A model generated the notes under the pieces. It ran no database searches and was not told where the DNA came from. It worked only from the letters and a program-made list of their open reading frames with translations. From an uncultured Chloroflexia bacterium (GTDB taxonomy: Bacteria > Chloroflexota > Anaerolineae > Anaerolineales > UBA4823): a DNA stretch of 64,000 nucleotides. This document shows, one piece after another, positions 41,753-51,943 of this stretch. The stretch covers positions 72,225 to 136,224 of the forward strand of contig CAVUOY010000010.1 in assembly GCA_963743215.1 (NCBI GenBank), written 5' to 3'. Every line of letters begins with the position of its first letter. The stretch's first letter is position 1. Made by a program: the position numbers and the translations under genes.

Positions 41753-44266
41753 CGATTTCCTCATTACCACCATCAAGGTAATATCATCGAATTGAGGCGC
41801 AGACCCTACCCACTTGCGCACCTCCTCACGGAGTGAGTCGCGTAAATCCCTGGCTGTGTTCCCAGCTCTTTTTTGGATAGCTTCTTGTAGTCTCTCAAGG
41901 CCAAAAAACTCCTCGGCGCTATTTTGGGCATCCGTAAGGCCATCCGTATACAGTACCAATGCATCCCCCAGCTCTAATTTGACGTCGGTTCGTTTCCAGT
42001 TGGTCTCATCCATGATCCCAAGGGGAAAACCGGTGGAACCCAGCGTTTCGACATTGCCTCCTTTTGCCCGCAAAAGAAAAGCAGGGTGGTGACCTGCACT
42101 ACAATAGCTGAATTCTCCATTTTGTGGGTTCAGGATACCGTATAACGCAGTGAGGAATAATCCCCCATGCGTATCAGACACAATTCGCCGGTTCGTTTCA
42201 GCCATGGTCAGTTCAGGCTCTCCAGGGTGGATCATTGCAAAGGTACGCCAGAGCGAACGGCTCAAGGCCATAAACAGCGCTGCACTGGTGCCTTTATCGG
42301 TCACATCGGCGATGACAAGACCCAGGTTTCCACCCGGTAAGGATAGGTAATCGTAAAAATCACCGCTCGTTTCGTGCGCTGGTTCCAACAACACTGCCAA
42401 ATCCCAACCCGGCAGCTCGGGGAGAAATTCTGGCAGCAGACTTTCCTGGACGTGGCGCGCTTTCTTAAGTTCCTTGGTCATCTGCTCACGATCAATTGTC
42501 TGTGAACGCAGCATAGTTTGAATCATTTTTAATTTATCTTGTGCGATCTCTGGATAGTGGGTATTCCCAATTTCCGTAAACTCGGTGATTGCTTCGCGCA
42601 GCAAGGTCTGGGCATTTTCGAGGTCCAGCGTATTATTCCTGCGTATACATATGTCTGCCCAGCACAATAAAGCCCTGGCTGCACCGATTTTAAAACCCAT
42701 ACGTTTCTCGAACCGGGCTGCCCTTTCGTTTGCCAGGATTGCAGTATCCCAATCCTGTGTGGCAATAGCGATCTCTGTCTCACATTCTGATATGATCCGA
42801 TCCTCCCAGGCGGTCGGCTTGGTAACCAACTCCTTGCGAGCTTTCTCCAACCACTGGAGTGCTTCATCCACACGGCCCTGGCGTGCCCGTAGCAAAGACA
42901 CCCGAGGATAAACCCAGATCCCTTCACTGTTATTGTCCTTCTCGTGAAATGCCAGTGCTTCCTCGAGTAGTTTATCGACTTGGTCCAGATCGGCGAGCTC
43001 ACCCCAGCGATTTTTCTCCAGGATCGCCCATGAGAGCTCATCCAGCAGATTGATCACCGATTCCATGTTCTTTTGTTCCCGATATGTCTGGAGGCACTCC
43101 CAGTTCATGGCAATACCAGCATCCCAATCCCCCCTGTGAGTTTTCAAAACTGCTTTAATAAATTTAACCAACACCTGCATGGATTCTGGATTTCCCATCA
43201 GTTCAACCAATGATTCCAAACGGGGCAGCTCAGCATCGATTTCTTTTAGTCTTCCTGGTGCGAACAAGCAGCTTATATAAGTGGATAAACCCAACAGCTC
43301 TTCAGAGGCCACCCCCCTTAGTTTTCCCAGCTCGGTAGCCCGTTTGAAATGTTGCAGGGCAGTTTCATTGTCTGCCAGCCAACCGCGGGTCATTGTACCC
43401 AGGTTGATATGAGCGCGCAATGCCACCTGCAAAAGTCCATTTGCTTCAGCCAGCTCGACTGCTTTACGCAATGATTCCAATGAAACCTCAGCCGGGACGC
43501 CCGCCAGGATACCCAGGGTAGCCAATGAGTCAGCTAGTATATTAACTGCCCCAAGCTGTTCCGCCAGGGCAAGCGCATGCCGGCAAAGTGGTAAGGCTAG
43601 ATCTGAAGAGCCATTAAAGTAGTATGCACGCGCAGTTTCGTGAATTAACATTGCCTTCCCCTGGCTATCAGGAGCATCTTTTACAAGCTCCAACCCTTCC
43701 AGGCAGATTCGCAATCCTTCCGGACGGTTTCCAGCATACCATTCGATACGTCCTAAGCGCGCATACAGGCGCGCCAGGCCATCATCGTCTTGCAATGATT
43801 GATAAATCTCAATTCCGCTGTGCAAGGCTTTCTTTGATTCATCAAACCGGCTCTGGCGATAAAGCGCTTCTGCCAACCCCGAATACAGCCAGGCGATTTC
43901 TGGTCCACTGCAACATTTCAATTCCAGTGCACGCTGGTATTGGAGCTCAGCTTCCTGGTTTGCAAAAACTGCCAGGGCTTCATCGCCTGCAACGATAAAG
44001 TAGCTCAAGGCACGCTCATCCTCACCAGCTGCCTTAAAATGGTAAGCCAAAATCGCCGCCAGCTCCTTCTTGCGACCAGGGTATAAACGTTCGATAGCAT
44101 CGCCGACGGCTAAATGCAAACGCTTGCGATCGCTTTCCAGTAATGATGCATAGGCAGCGTCTTGTACCATGGAATGGCGGAATAGATATTCAAGATCGGG
44201 TTCAACTTTTGCTACCTGGATCAACCCGGCGGATTCCAAAGTACCCAGGTCGTTCAATAAATTCAT
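41750..44266 (-). CDS. Winged-helix C-part + TPR array + SpoIIE/RsbU PP2C phosphatase
   Basis: LESAGLI...YLFRHSMVQDAAY; TPR helices; SGDFYD, ADVTDKG, YTDGL, FDDIT; RBS AAGGAG. Confidence 0.88.
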   Translation of the reverse strand: MNLLNDLGTLESAGLIQVAKVEPDLEYLFRHSMVQDAAYASLLESDRKRLHLAVGDAIERLYPGRKKELAAILAYHFKAAGEDERALSYFIVAGDEALAVFANQEAELQYQRALELKCCSGPEIAWLYSGLAEALYRQSRFDESKKALHSGIEIYQSLQDDDGLARLYARLGRIEWYAGNRPEGLRICLEGLELVKDAPDSQGKAMLIHETARAYYFNGSSDLALPLCRHALALAEQLGAVNILADSLATLGILAGVPAEVSLESLRKAVELAEANGLLQVALRAHINLGTMTRGWLADNETALQHFKRATELGKLRGVASEELLGLSTYISCLFAPGRLKEIDAELPRLESLVELMGNPESMQVLVKFIKAVLKTHRGDWDAGIAMNWECLQTYREQKNMESVINLLDELSWAILEKNRWGELADLDQVDKLLEEALAFHEKDNNSEGIWVYPRVSLLRARQGRVDEALQWLEKARKELVTKPTAWEDRIISECETEIAIATQDWDTAILANERAARFEKRMGFKIGAARALLCWADICIRRNNTLDLENAQTLLREAITEFTEIGNTHYPEIAQDKLKMIQTMLRSQTIDREQMTKELKKARHVQESLLPEFLPELPGWDLAVLLEPAHETSGDFYDYLSLPGGNLGLVIADVTDKGTSAALFMALSRSLWRTFAMIHPGEPELTMAETNRRIVSDTHGGLFLTALYGILNPQNGEFSYCSAGHHPAFLLRAKGGNVETLGSTGFPLGIMDETNWKRTDVKLELGDALVLYTDGLTDAQNSAEEFFGLERLQEAIQKRAGNTARDLRDSLREEVRKWVGSAPQFDDITLMVVMRKS

Positions 44267-44267
44267 A

Positions 44268-46202
44268 CTAAGCTCCTTCAATCACTTGTGAGAGTACCTT
44301 CACCGGGAAATTCCTCCCGATGACGGAGGCGACCATTAAAATATACCTTGCCTCCGCGGGGAGCCAGTCGATACGCGCCAGGAGGAGTCCTTGCAGGTTG
44401 TCGGGGATGTCTCGGTCAGATATATCCTGCTGTGCCACCCAGGCGTTGTCCCGATGAGTAATCGTCCCACGGTCAATCAGCATCCGGATAAGCTCTTCCA
44501 TAAAAAACGGATTCCCTTCAGCTTTTCTGAGGATTAAATCCCTCACACCTTCAGGCAGCGCTTCGATTTCAAGCAAATTCGAAACCAGCGATCGGCTGTC
44601 TCTATCTGATAGGTTTAGTAATGTTATTTCTGTCAGACTACCTCCAGCTGTTCACGTGCAGCGTTGACCAGTCTCCAACCTGTCGCTTCCCGCTCAATTC
44701 TCGTTACCAGGCAAAAAAGGATGGGTCCAGATGAAACAAGAGATATTAACCGGATGAATAATTCAGTCGAAGAGGCGTCAGCCCAATGCAGGTCTTCCAG
44801 AACAAGGATGAGCGGATTTTCCTTCATCATTGCCAGTAACAGACGCTGCATAGCCTGCAGGTACTGGGTTTGCAAAGCTTGAGGATCTGTGATTTGAGAC
44901 CGTTGGAGGGCTTCTCCTTCCAGATTTAATGCCAGCAGGTGGCCAAGATATGGATAGACCTCCATCATGCGCTCACCAAACAAGTTGTTCAACAGATTGT
45001 GCAAAGCGCTGTGAGTCTCCGCTTCATCTGTAGCGATCGTCACACCGATCATATTGCGTAGCAGGTTGATCAACAATTGATAGGCGTTACCCTGCCGATA
45101 GGATACACATCGTCCAATAAACCAGCGGCCGATCACCATTCGGTCGCCTGCCTGCGTACCGGCTGCCGTCGAAAATCGTGCTTCAGACGCTTTTTGCCAT
45201 TCCTGGAATCAGTCGGGTTTTCCCTAATCCAGGCTCACCGAGGATAAGCACTGCCCGTCCTAAACCAGCTTGCACAGCATCGCAAGCATGTAACAGGGTT
45301 TCCAGCTCATAATCACGACCAACCATCGGGCTTTCAAGATCCGAGAAACCACGTGTCCGTCCATGGATTGCCCGGGTGGAGTTCACCCTATATACTCCCA
45401 CTGCCTGGTCCATTCCTTTTACCTCAACTTGACTCAGGCTTTGGCATTCGAAGTAAGGAGCAACGAAGCGGTAGGTGTGCTCAGTGATGATTACACTCAT
45501 TGGCTCCCCTGCAAACTTGATGCGTGACGTCAGGTTGACAGTCCCACCATATGCTGTGTAATCATAAGTCAAGTCATCGCTTACAGGACCGACAATCACT
45601 GGCCCGGTATTGATACACACTCGCATGGAGAAATCGATCCCATATTTTTCCTTGACTGCTTGGGAATATGGCTTGATCTGATTAATTATCTCCAACCCTG
45701 CCCTGACTGCTTTCTGAGGGTCATCTTCATGCGCCACAGGTGCACCAAAGAATGCCAGCAGCGAATCTCCTAATAGACGAGCAATGGATCCCTCATAGTT
45801 GTAGATAACCTGGGCAATACAGTCGAAGGCCTGGTTGATCACTTCTGTCCAGTCTGCTAGGTCCATTTTTTTTGCTAAGGCTGTGGAACCAACCACATCA
45901 GCAAGTAGTGTGGTCACGGTTCGCCGTTCTCTTAACGAACCGGGGCGTTCGGAAGTCATTGCTTTTGACGCAGAAAGCATTTTTTGAACCAATGCTCCTG
46001 GTGCTACAGCTGCCAACCGATTCAGGCGATGTTCATCTATAGGAGTTTGCACCTGCACGGGTTGGCCGCACTGGTTGCAAAAATGTGCTCCGGGTTGCAG
46101 TTCAGACTGGCAGTTAGTGCACTTGAATAGCAATTCCTGTCCGCAATTCAAGCAGAAACGGGCTGCTTCGGGATTTTCCCTCTGACAGTGTGGACAGACC
46201 AT
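44268..46202 (-). CDS. Double zinc ribbon + class III nucleotide cyclase + STAND NTPase, two frameshifts (near 45207 and 44645)
   Basis: Four CxxC pairs; ADVVGST, GD, VN..SR; GEPGLGKT; LEDLHWAD; GNPFFMEE. Confidence 0.88.
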
Positions 46203-46354
46203 GATCTTACTCCTATCAACAGAGTGCCTTCCCCCAAAAATTATGCGCTTAATTCTATCATTTTTTCAGTCGGGAACATGTAACCCTGTCCCGATTTTTT
46301 CAATATAATCGGTCAGTTTTAGGATCTTTTGAAATTTCCCGCCGACAATGCTTT

Positions 46355-46846
46355 TCAGATTCTGTGCCGGATACCTCCATTACAAAGCGGTACCCACCTG
46401 CCCACGATTGAATGATATGTTACATATTCTGCACCAAAGAGCATCTTCAACCTGGGCTCTTCATATACCACTACGAACAGGTGAACGATGATTAATACAC
46501 CCAGAGCATAAAGTAGCAACCAGACGGAAGCAAACGCAGCTGACCAACCCAGGATAACCAGGATCACTCCCATGTACATCGGGTTACGGATGTATTGGTA
46601 GAGTCCTCGTACTACCAGCTTCCTTGGAGCATCAATTGGAAGTGGAGTCCCCCTACCAAAACTGGCAAAATCCCATACCGTCCAACTATAAATAGCTGCT
46701 CCCAAAGCGATAATAAAAGTGCCGACCATCCTCAACCAAAGGTGAGAAGTAATATTCGAGCCACTCGATATTAGCAGCGGAATATATACCGCCACCGATC
46801 CGGGGACAAGAATAGAAAACAGCAGGTTTTTCAGGAACAGCTTCAC
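46355..46846 (-). CDS. Isoprenylcysteine/phospholipid methyltransferase family membrane protein
   Basis: LVVRGLYQYIRNPMY, EEPRL..FG.EY. Confidence 0.9.
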   Translation of the reverse strand: MKLFLKNLLFSILVPGSVAVYIPLLISSGSNITSHLWLRMVGTFIIALGAAIYSWTVWDFASFGRGTPLPIDAPRKLVVRGLYQYIRNPMYMGVILVILGWSAAFASVWLLLYALGVLIIVHLFVVVYEEPRLKMLFGAEYVTYHSIVGRWVPLCNGGIRHRI

Positions 46847-47406
46847 TAAGCCGGTTCGGTCTCACTCCAACGGTTATAGTACACTAGCTCTTTTAGATCT
46901 TTACGTGTACGAATCGATAAGCGTTCTCTCGCAGCCTCATCATAGCTAGCTTCGATTGGATATGCCAGAGGGGTTGCCACCACTGCCCGTACGTCCTCTG
47001 GGATATGAAGGATCTGCTTAACCAGACCTTCGTCGAAGGCAGTCATCAGGTGGGTCACCAGACCCAAATCGGTGGCTGCCAGAATCATATTCCCTACCGC
47101 CAGACCCACATCAAACAAATAATACTCCCGACCATCTTTGATCACATCATCCAATTCACGAGCGCAAGCAAACAGGATCGCAGGCGCGTCGATGATCACA
47201 TGGTTGGATTCCGAGAACGCCTGGGTAAGCTCTTCAATCGTTTGTCTATCCTGTACCACGATGAAACGCCAGGGCTGGTTATTGCGTGCTGAGGCTGCCA
47301 GCTGACCTGCCTCTAGAATGATGTTGATCTTATCTTTTTCGATTTCGCGTTTTGAGATATGAGCTTTCAAGCTACAGCGTTTGCGAATCGTGTTTAATGT
47401 ATCCAT
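46846..47406 (-). CDS. Nitroreductase
   Basis: RCS, ASARNNQPWRF, NMILAATDLGL. Confidence 0.92.
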   Translation of the reverse strand: MDTLNTIRKRCSLKAHISKREIEKDKINIILEAGQLAASARNNQPWRFIVVQDRQTIEELTQAFSESNHVIIDAPAILFACARELDDVIKDGREYYLFDVGLAVGNMILAATDLGLVTHLMTAFDEGLVKQILHIPEDVRAVVATPLAYPIEASYDEAARERLSIRTRKDLKELVYYNRWSETEPA

Positions 47407-47509
47407 GGTTTCTCCGTGATATCAGGTTTAGATAATAATCGGCAAGGATATATTACCATGCCCGGATCTCAAATCAATAGCCTATGGAGATATCGGCACA
47501 GGCTGGTAA

Positions 47510-48085
47510 CTACCCGGCTGTATCGAATGCTTTACGCACCCACCTGAGGACGGTTTCGTCCACCTGGCTGGTATCAGTCAACCTCACTTTGAAATTACAC
47601 ATACTGCCAGCAGGCTGTTCGATCAAACGCTCATCAGGCTCCAGGCTCTTGATATTGATCCCAAGCTCAAAACGGGTGTTGGTGGCTGGTCCGAGCATGG
47701 CGAACTGGCGCTTGCGACGCAGGCTGACATATCCCTTCTTCGGGATGATCTCGAATTCTCCAAACTGTTGGATGGTGTTCATCAGCTTCTCGTGGATGGG
47801 TCGTAAACTAGCTTTCGGTCCGCTGTATATTTCATCCAGTACCTCTGATGTCGATAAACCTTTTTCCTTAGCAGCCAGCTGGGCATCGGCTTTGAGGGCA
47901 AATAATGCCAGGTTATGGGCATCCCCATACGTTAACCCCAGCTCTTCAATTAACATGCTGCGGATCTCTCCATGTTTTGTCAGTCCACTGGCTTGGATAA
48001 GGGTTGTCAGTTCTTCCAATGTTTTACCGGTTTTTTTCTGGATGTTAGCCAGCTGGGTCAGCTTGGCACGTTCAATAGTGCTCAT
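47510..48085 (-). CDS. DUF4287 + DUF5655 domain protein
   Basis: NIQKKTGK...KHGE...GDA; PKKGYVSLRRKRQFA. Confidence 0.82.
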   Translation of the reverse strand: MSTIERAKLTQLANIQKKTGKTLEELTTLIQASGLTKHGEIRSMLIEELGLTYGDAHNLALFALKADAQLAAKEKGLSTSEVLDEIYSGPKASLRPIHEKLMNTIQQFGEFEIIPKKGYVSLRRKRQFAMLGPATNTRFELGINIKSLEPDERLIEQPAGSMCNFKVRLTDTSQVDETVLRWVRKAFDTAG

Positions 48086-48264
48086 GAATATCCTCCTGAA
48101 ATGTTATTTTAAAAGCAATGATATATCCAACTTTCTCCTGCAAGGAAATATGCTCATAAGGAAGCCCTAAGCATCCGATGCGCCTGTTGCCCAATGAACA
48201 GTGACTTACCACCCTTCCGCGGCCAGGTAAATCAAGTCTACAGCAGTATCAAAGACGATATTAC

Positions 48265-48540
48265 TTATCCCTCCACAAATCCTCCTGCCTCTGCCTGACG
48301 CATCACTGCCTGGATTACTTCGACCAATTCCCTGGCGGAGGCTGCATCCAGCTCTACCGCCACCCGTGCCCCGGGTTCACCCGCCTGATTAGTAAAATCA
48401 ATATTGAGGGTATATTCTAACGGCATGTCAAAGGGATGGTCATAACTCACGCTGGCCTGGTCCACATTGATCCAGCCTGCACCAGTTTTACCGCTGCCGG
48501 TGATATTGACCTGCTTGGCAATCATTGTGCACATGTTCAA
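48265..48540 (-). CDS. DUF6295-like small protein
   Basis: MCT, GSGK...W, YDHP, LNIDF, RVAVEL; overlaps upstream stop. Confidence 0.78.
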   Translation of the reverse strand: MNMCTMIAKQVNITGSGKTGAGWINVDQASVSYDHPFDMPLEYTLNIDFTNQAGEPGARVAVELDAASARELVEVIQAVMRQAEAGGFVEG

Positions 48541-49298
48541 GCTCCCTTCAAGTTCTTGTCAAGGAATGCAAACACCTTCTGCCAACCTTCCACAGCTTGT
48601 TCCTGGCGATAATTTGGGCGGTTATGGTAGAAGAAACCATGCCCGGCGCCATCATAGCGATGGAATTCATAGCTCTTGCCATTTTTCTTTAATGAATCTT
48701 CCAAAATGTTCACCTGTTCAGGAGTTGGGCTGTGATCCTCATTGCCAAAGATGCCAAGCACTGGGCACGAAAGGTCAGCGGTGTAATCAATAGGTGCAAC
48801 CGGTTGTTTTGGGGTAAGTTCTTCCGGGGTCATCACCACCCGCCCACCCCAACAGTCCACCAGGGCGGCAAAACCCGGAATACGGCAAGCAGACAGGTAA
48901 GCATGTCGACCACCTGAGCAAGTACCGAACACACCTACCTTGCCATTTACATATGGAAGTGCAAGCAACATAGATAAGGCGGCTCCCGCATCGCCAAGCA
49001 CCTGCTGGTCAGGGACTCCACCAACTCCTCTTACCTTTGCGGCTACATCCTCTGGGATTCCATGACCATCGCGGAAATACAGGTTTGGACATATGGTAAC
49101 GTACCCATACGCAGCAAACTTGCGTGTGGTCTCGCGGTACCACTCATCCCAGCCGGGGAGGTGATGAATCAACACCATCCCCGGGAATGGTCCGCCACCA
49201 AGTGGGCGGGCGAGATAGGCATTGATGATATCGGCATGGTAACCAGGGAAAACCACCGTCTCCGCCAGCATGCCTTCGTATTGGTCAGTCGTGTACAT
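48537..49298 (-). CDS. Dienelactone hydrolase family protein
   Basis: GTCSGG nucleophile Cys, GNED, GAGHGF. Confidence 0.92.
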   Translation of the reverse strand: MYTTDQYEGMLAETVVFPGYHADIINAYLARPLGGGPFPGMVLIHHLPGWDEWYRETTRKFAAYGYVTICPNLYFRDGHGIPEDVAAKVRGVGGVPDQQVLGDAGAALSMLLALPYVNGKVGVFGTCSGGRHAYLSACRIPGFAALVDCWGGRVVMTPEELTPKQPVAPIDYTADLSCPVLGIFGNEDHSPTPEQVNILEDSLKKNGKSYEFHRYDGAGHGFFYHNRPNYRQEQAVEGWQKVFAFLDKNLKGA

Positions 49299-49400
49299 AT
49301 AACCCTCCTTTGCAAGATAGCGCTATTATCAGGCTAATTTCCAAAACTAAAGATTAAATAATGGTGATAATTATCTATCTGCAAGGGAACCCTGAACTGC

Positions 49401-49429
49401 TTGACACCATCCATTCTTGCGGGTATAGT
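49401..49429 (+). promoter_or_regulatory. sigma70 promoter TTGACA-N17-TATAGT (leaderless gene)
   Basis: -10 ends 7 nt before ATG 49437; no RBS. Confidence 0.7.
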
Positions 49430-49436
49430 CGCCAAC

Positions 49437-50129
49437 ATGAGCACAAACCTGCCACCAATTGATAAAACCCGCAAGCTTTATCTGATCATCGCGATTGGAT
49501 GCGCATTGTTCGTCTGCCTTACCCTGATCGCGATGCTGACGTATGCCGGCGGGAACTATGACGATCAGACTGCCAAAGGTTATTCCTTCACCCACAACTT
49601 CCTCAGCAATCTGGGAATGGTCACCGCTGTTTCTGGTAAGCCTAATTGGATTTCGGCGGTGCTGTTCTTCCTTTCCCTTGGCGCTGCTGGAGTGTGCCTG
49701 GTCAGCTTTTTCATCATCTTCCCACGCTTCTTCCACGATACGCGACTGCAGAGAACCTTAAGCCTGACCGGCTCGGTTTTGGGTGTACTGGCAGGGATCA
49801 GCTTTGTTGGCATTGCATTCTCCCCGGCTGACATTGCCAGACCTGTGCATGTGCAGTTCGTTATGTGGGCATTCCGCCTCTTCCCACTGGCGGTGCTTTG
49901 CTATGTACCGGTGATGTTCCTGAGTAAAACATACCCGAAGGTTTATGCCTGGGTATTTGCGGTTTTCTGCCTGATGTTAATCGGTTACTACCTATTAATG
50001 ACGAATGGACCCAGCTTTACCAGTCCAGAAGGACTGGTGATCCAGGTGGTGGGGCAAAAGGTTATATCTTATGCGTCGATCATTAGCATTTTCATCCAAT
50101 CCATAGGGGCATACCGGTTCACGAAATAA
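49437..50129 (+). CDS. DUF998-like membrane protein
   Basis: YAGG...GYSF..NFLSNLG, conserved H, GQK; about 6 TM helices. Confidence 0.75.
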   Translation: MSTNLPPIDKTRKLYLIIAIGCALFVCLTLIAMLTYAGGNYDDQTAKGYSFTHNFLSNLGMVTAVSGKPNWISAVLFFLSLGAAGVCLVSFFIIFPRFFHDTRLQRTLSLTGSVLGVLAGISFVGIAFSPADIARPVHVQFVMWAFRLFPLAVLCYVPVMFLSKTYPKVYAWVFAVFCLMLIGYYLLMTNGPSFTSPEGLVIQVVGQKVISYASIISIFIQSIGAYRFTK

Positions 50130-50148
50130 TACTGTTCTCCGGTAGCAG

Positions 50149-51804
50149 TCAGCTATGCAGCCCATGCCTCAGCACCTGCCCAGGCAAAGCACCTGTGTGC
50201 TGATCTCCATCCACAACCAAGGTACCGTTGACAAAGACATAATCGATGCCCTCGGGGTACTGGTGCGGGTAATTTTCAAACGGGTAAGTATGTGGGAACA
50301 GGTTTGTAGCCCGGTCATGGATACGCTGCAGGTCGAAAACCACCACATCCGCCCAGGCACCAGGACGAAGCATGCCCCGATCCCACAAAGCGAGACGCTG
50401 GGCAGGGAAGGAGGTCATCTTGCGGATGGCTTCCTGCAAAGTGAGCACGGGCTCTTCACGCACATAACGCTCTAAAACACCAGGGAATTCTCCGTAACTG
50501 CATGGCTGATAGGGGATGGGGTCATTCAGGAATCCATAGGGAGCCAGAACCTGCCCATCGGAGGAGATCATTACTGCAGGATGCTGGAGAAGCAAGCGAA
50601 TATTAGCCTCGTCAATATAGTCAAAGATGGCTTCGGCTTCATGCCCATTTTCGACGATCAGATCGAAGTAAGTGTCAAAGGGATCCTGCCCACGCTCATC
50701 AGCGATAGCCAATATGGATTTACCGATCAAACCCGGGCTATGAGGAGCGTGCAGTAAAGTGATACGCTGCCATTGTGCGTGCTTCAGCAACCCTACTGGA
50801 CCAAAGGCCGGTTTCTGGTCGAGCACAATCTCTGTGCGGATATCGAAGCGCCTGGCAGGGTCGCGTAGTAAGGCAGCGATCTCATTTGGAGGCAGGTCCT
50901 GGATAGACTGGGGCAGACCACCGGTGAGGGCAGGAGCCAGATCAGTGTGGACGTCATTATCCACAGTCACATCCTGACCGCGGGCGCGGGCTTCATCCAC
51001 CAGGTGCAAATTAGCGCTGGCATCACAGGGGGCACCAAATTTTGGGGCGTTGTGAGAAATCTGCACGGGTATTCCGCATCTACGCCCGATGCGGATAGCT
51101 TCAGCCACTGCAGTGAGGATCGTTTCACGCTCACCGCGGATGTGCGAAGCATAAATCCCATGCTGCTTAGATACCACCTTACACAGGGAGATGATCTCAT
51201 CGGTTTCAGCAAAACACCCGGGTGGATATACCAGACCGGTAGACAGCCCGAATGCCCCAGCCTGCATGGCTTCAGCCAGGAACGCTTTCATTTGCTCAAG
51301 TTGTCCGTTTGAGGGTTTACCCTCACCCAACCCCATTGCAGCTATACGCAATGCGCCATGCCCCACCAGCGAGGCAATATTGATCCCCAGGCCACCATCC
51401 TCGAGCGCTTGCAGATACTGACCAAAGCTGCGCCACTCCCAAGTGACTTCTGGTTGTTCGGAGATGGGACCCCATTGGCGCTGCATCTCGATGAGGTGAG
51501 CATCATCTACTGGTGCGGGTGACATGCCGCAATTACCAATGAGCTGTGTGGTAACCCCCTGACGGACGGCACTTTCTGCCGGACGATTGACAAGGATGGA
51601 AAGGTCGGAGTGGGTATGGATATCGATGAAACCAGGCGAAACATAACGCCCATCGACATCGATTGTACGTTTACCCATCAGCGTGCCACGGGCAGCAATA
51701 TCGACAATTCGGCCTCGCTGGATAGCAATGTCACCCCAGAACCATGGATTGCCACAGCCGTCAAGAATCCGTCCATTGGTGAGCACCAGATCGAAAGTTG
51801 TCAT
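50149..51804 (-). CDS. N-acyl-D-amino-acid deacylase (D-aminoacylase)
   Basis: PGFIDIHTHSD, GNCG, SHIR, ISH, SSDG; start chosen by RBS GGAG. Confidence 0.92.
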   Translation of the reverse strand: MTTFDLVLTNGRILDGCGNPWFWGDIAIQRGRIVDIAARGTLMGKRTIDVDGRYVSPGFIDIHTHSDLSILVNRPAESAVRQGVTTQLIGNCGMSPAPVDDAHLIEMQRQWGPISEQPEVTWEWRSFGQYLQALEDGGLGINIASLVGHGALRIAAMGLGEGKPSNGQLEQMKAFLAEAMQAGAFGLSTGLVYPPGCFAETDEIISLCKVVSKQHGIYASHIRGERETILTAVAEAIRIGRRCGIPVQISHNAPKFGAPCDASANLHLVDEARARGQDVTVDNDVHTDLAPALTGGLPQSIQDLPPNEIAALLRDPARRFDIRTEIVLDQKPAFGPVGLLKHAQWQRITLLHAPHSPGLIGKSILAIADERGQDPFDTYFDLIVENGHEAEAIFDYIDEANIRLLLQHPAVMISSDGQVLAPYGFLNDPIPYQPCSYGEFPGVLERYVREEPVLTLQEAIRKMTSFPAQRLALWDRGMLRPGAWADVVVFDLQRIHDRATNLFPHTYPFENYPHQYPEGIDYVFVNGTLVVDGDQHTGALPGQVLRHGLHS

Positions 51805-51943
51805 TTTGTCTCCAATACAATAAGAAATAACGAGGGCATTCCTATTATATATTAGGTTCCGATTATCTCCTGTAAAGTAATACCAGCCATAAAATACGCC
51901 AGACCGAGTTGTGAGCAAATGGGATTGTTGATACAATCCATCC

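Noticed and set aside
47484-48170. 228-aa plus-strand ORF and the many similar antisense ORFs
   Set aside because: They shadow well-supported genes on the opposite strand and show no motifs or RBS.
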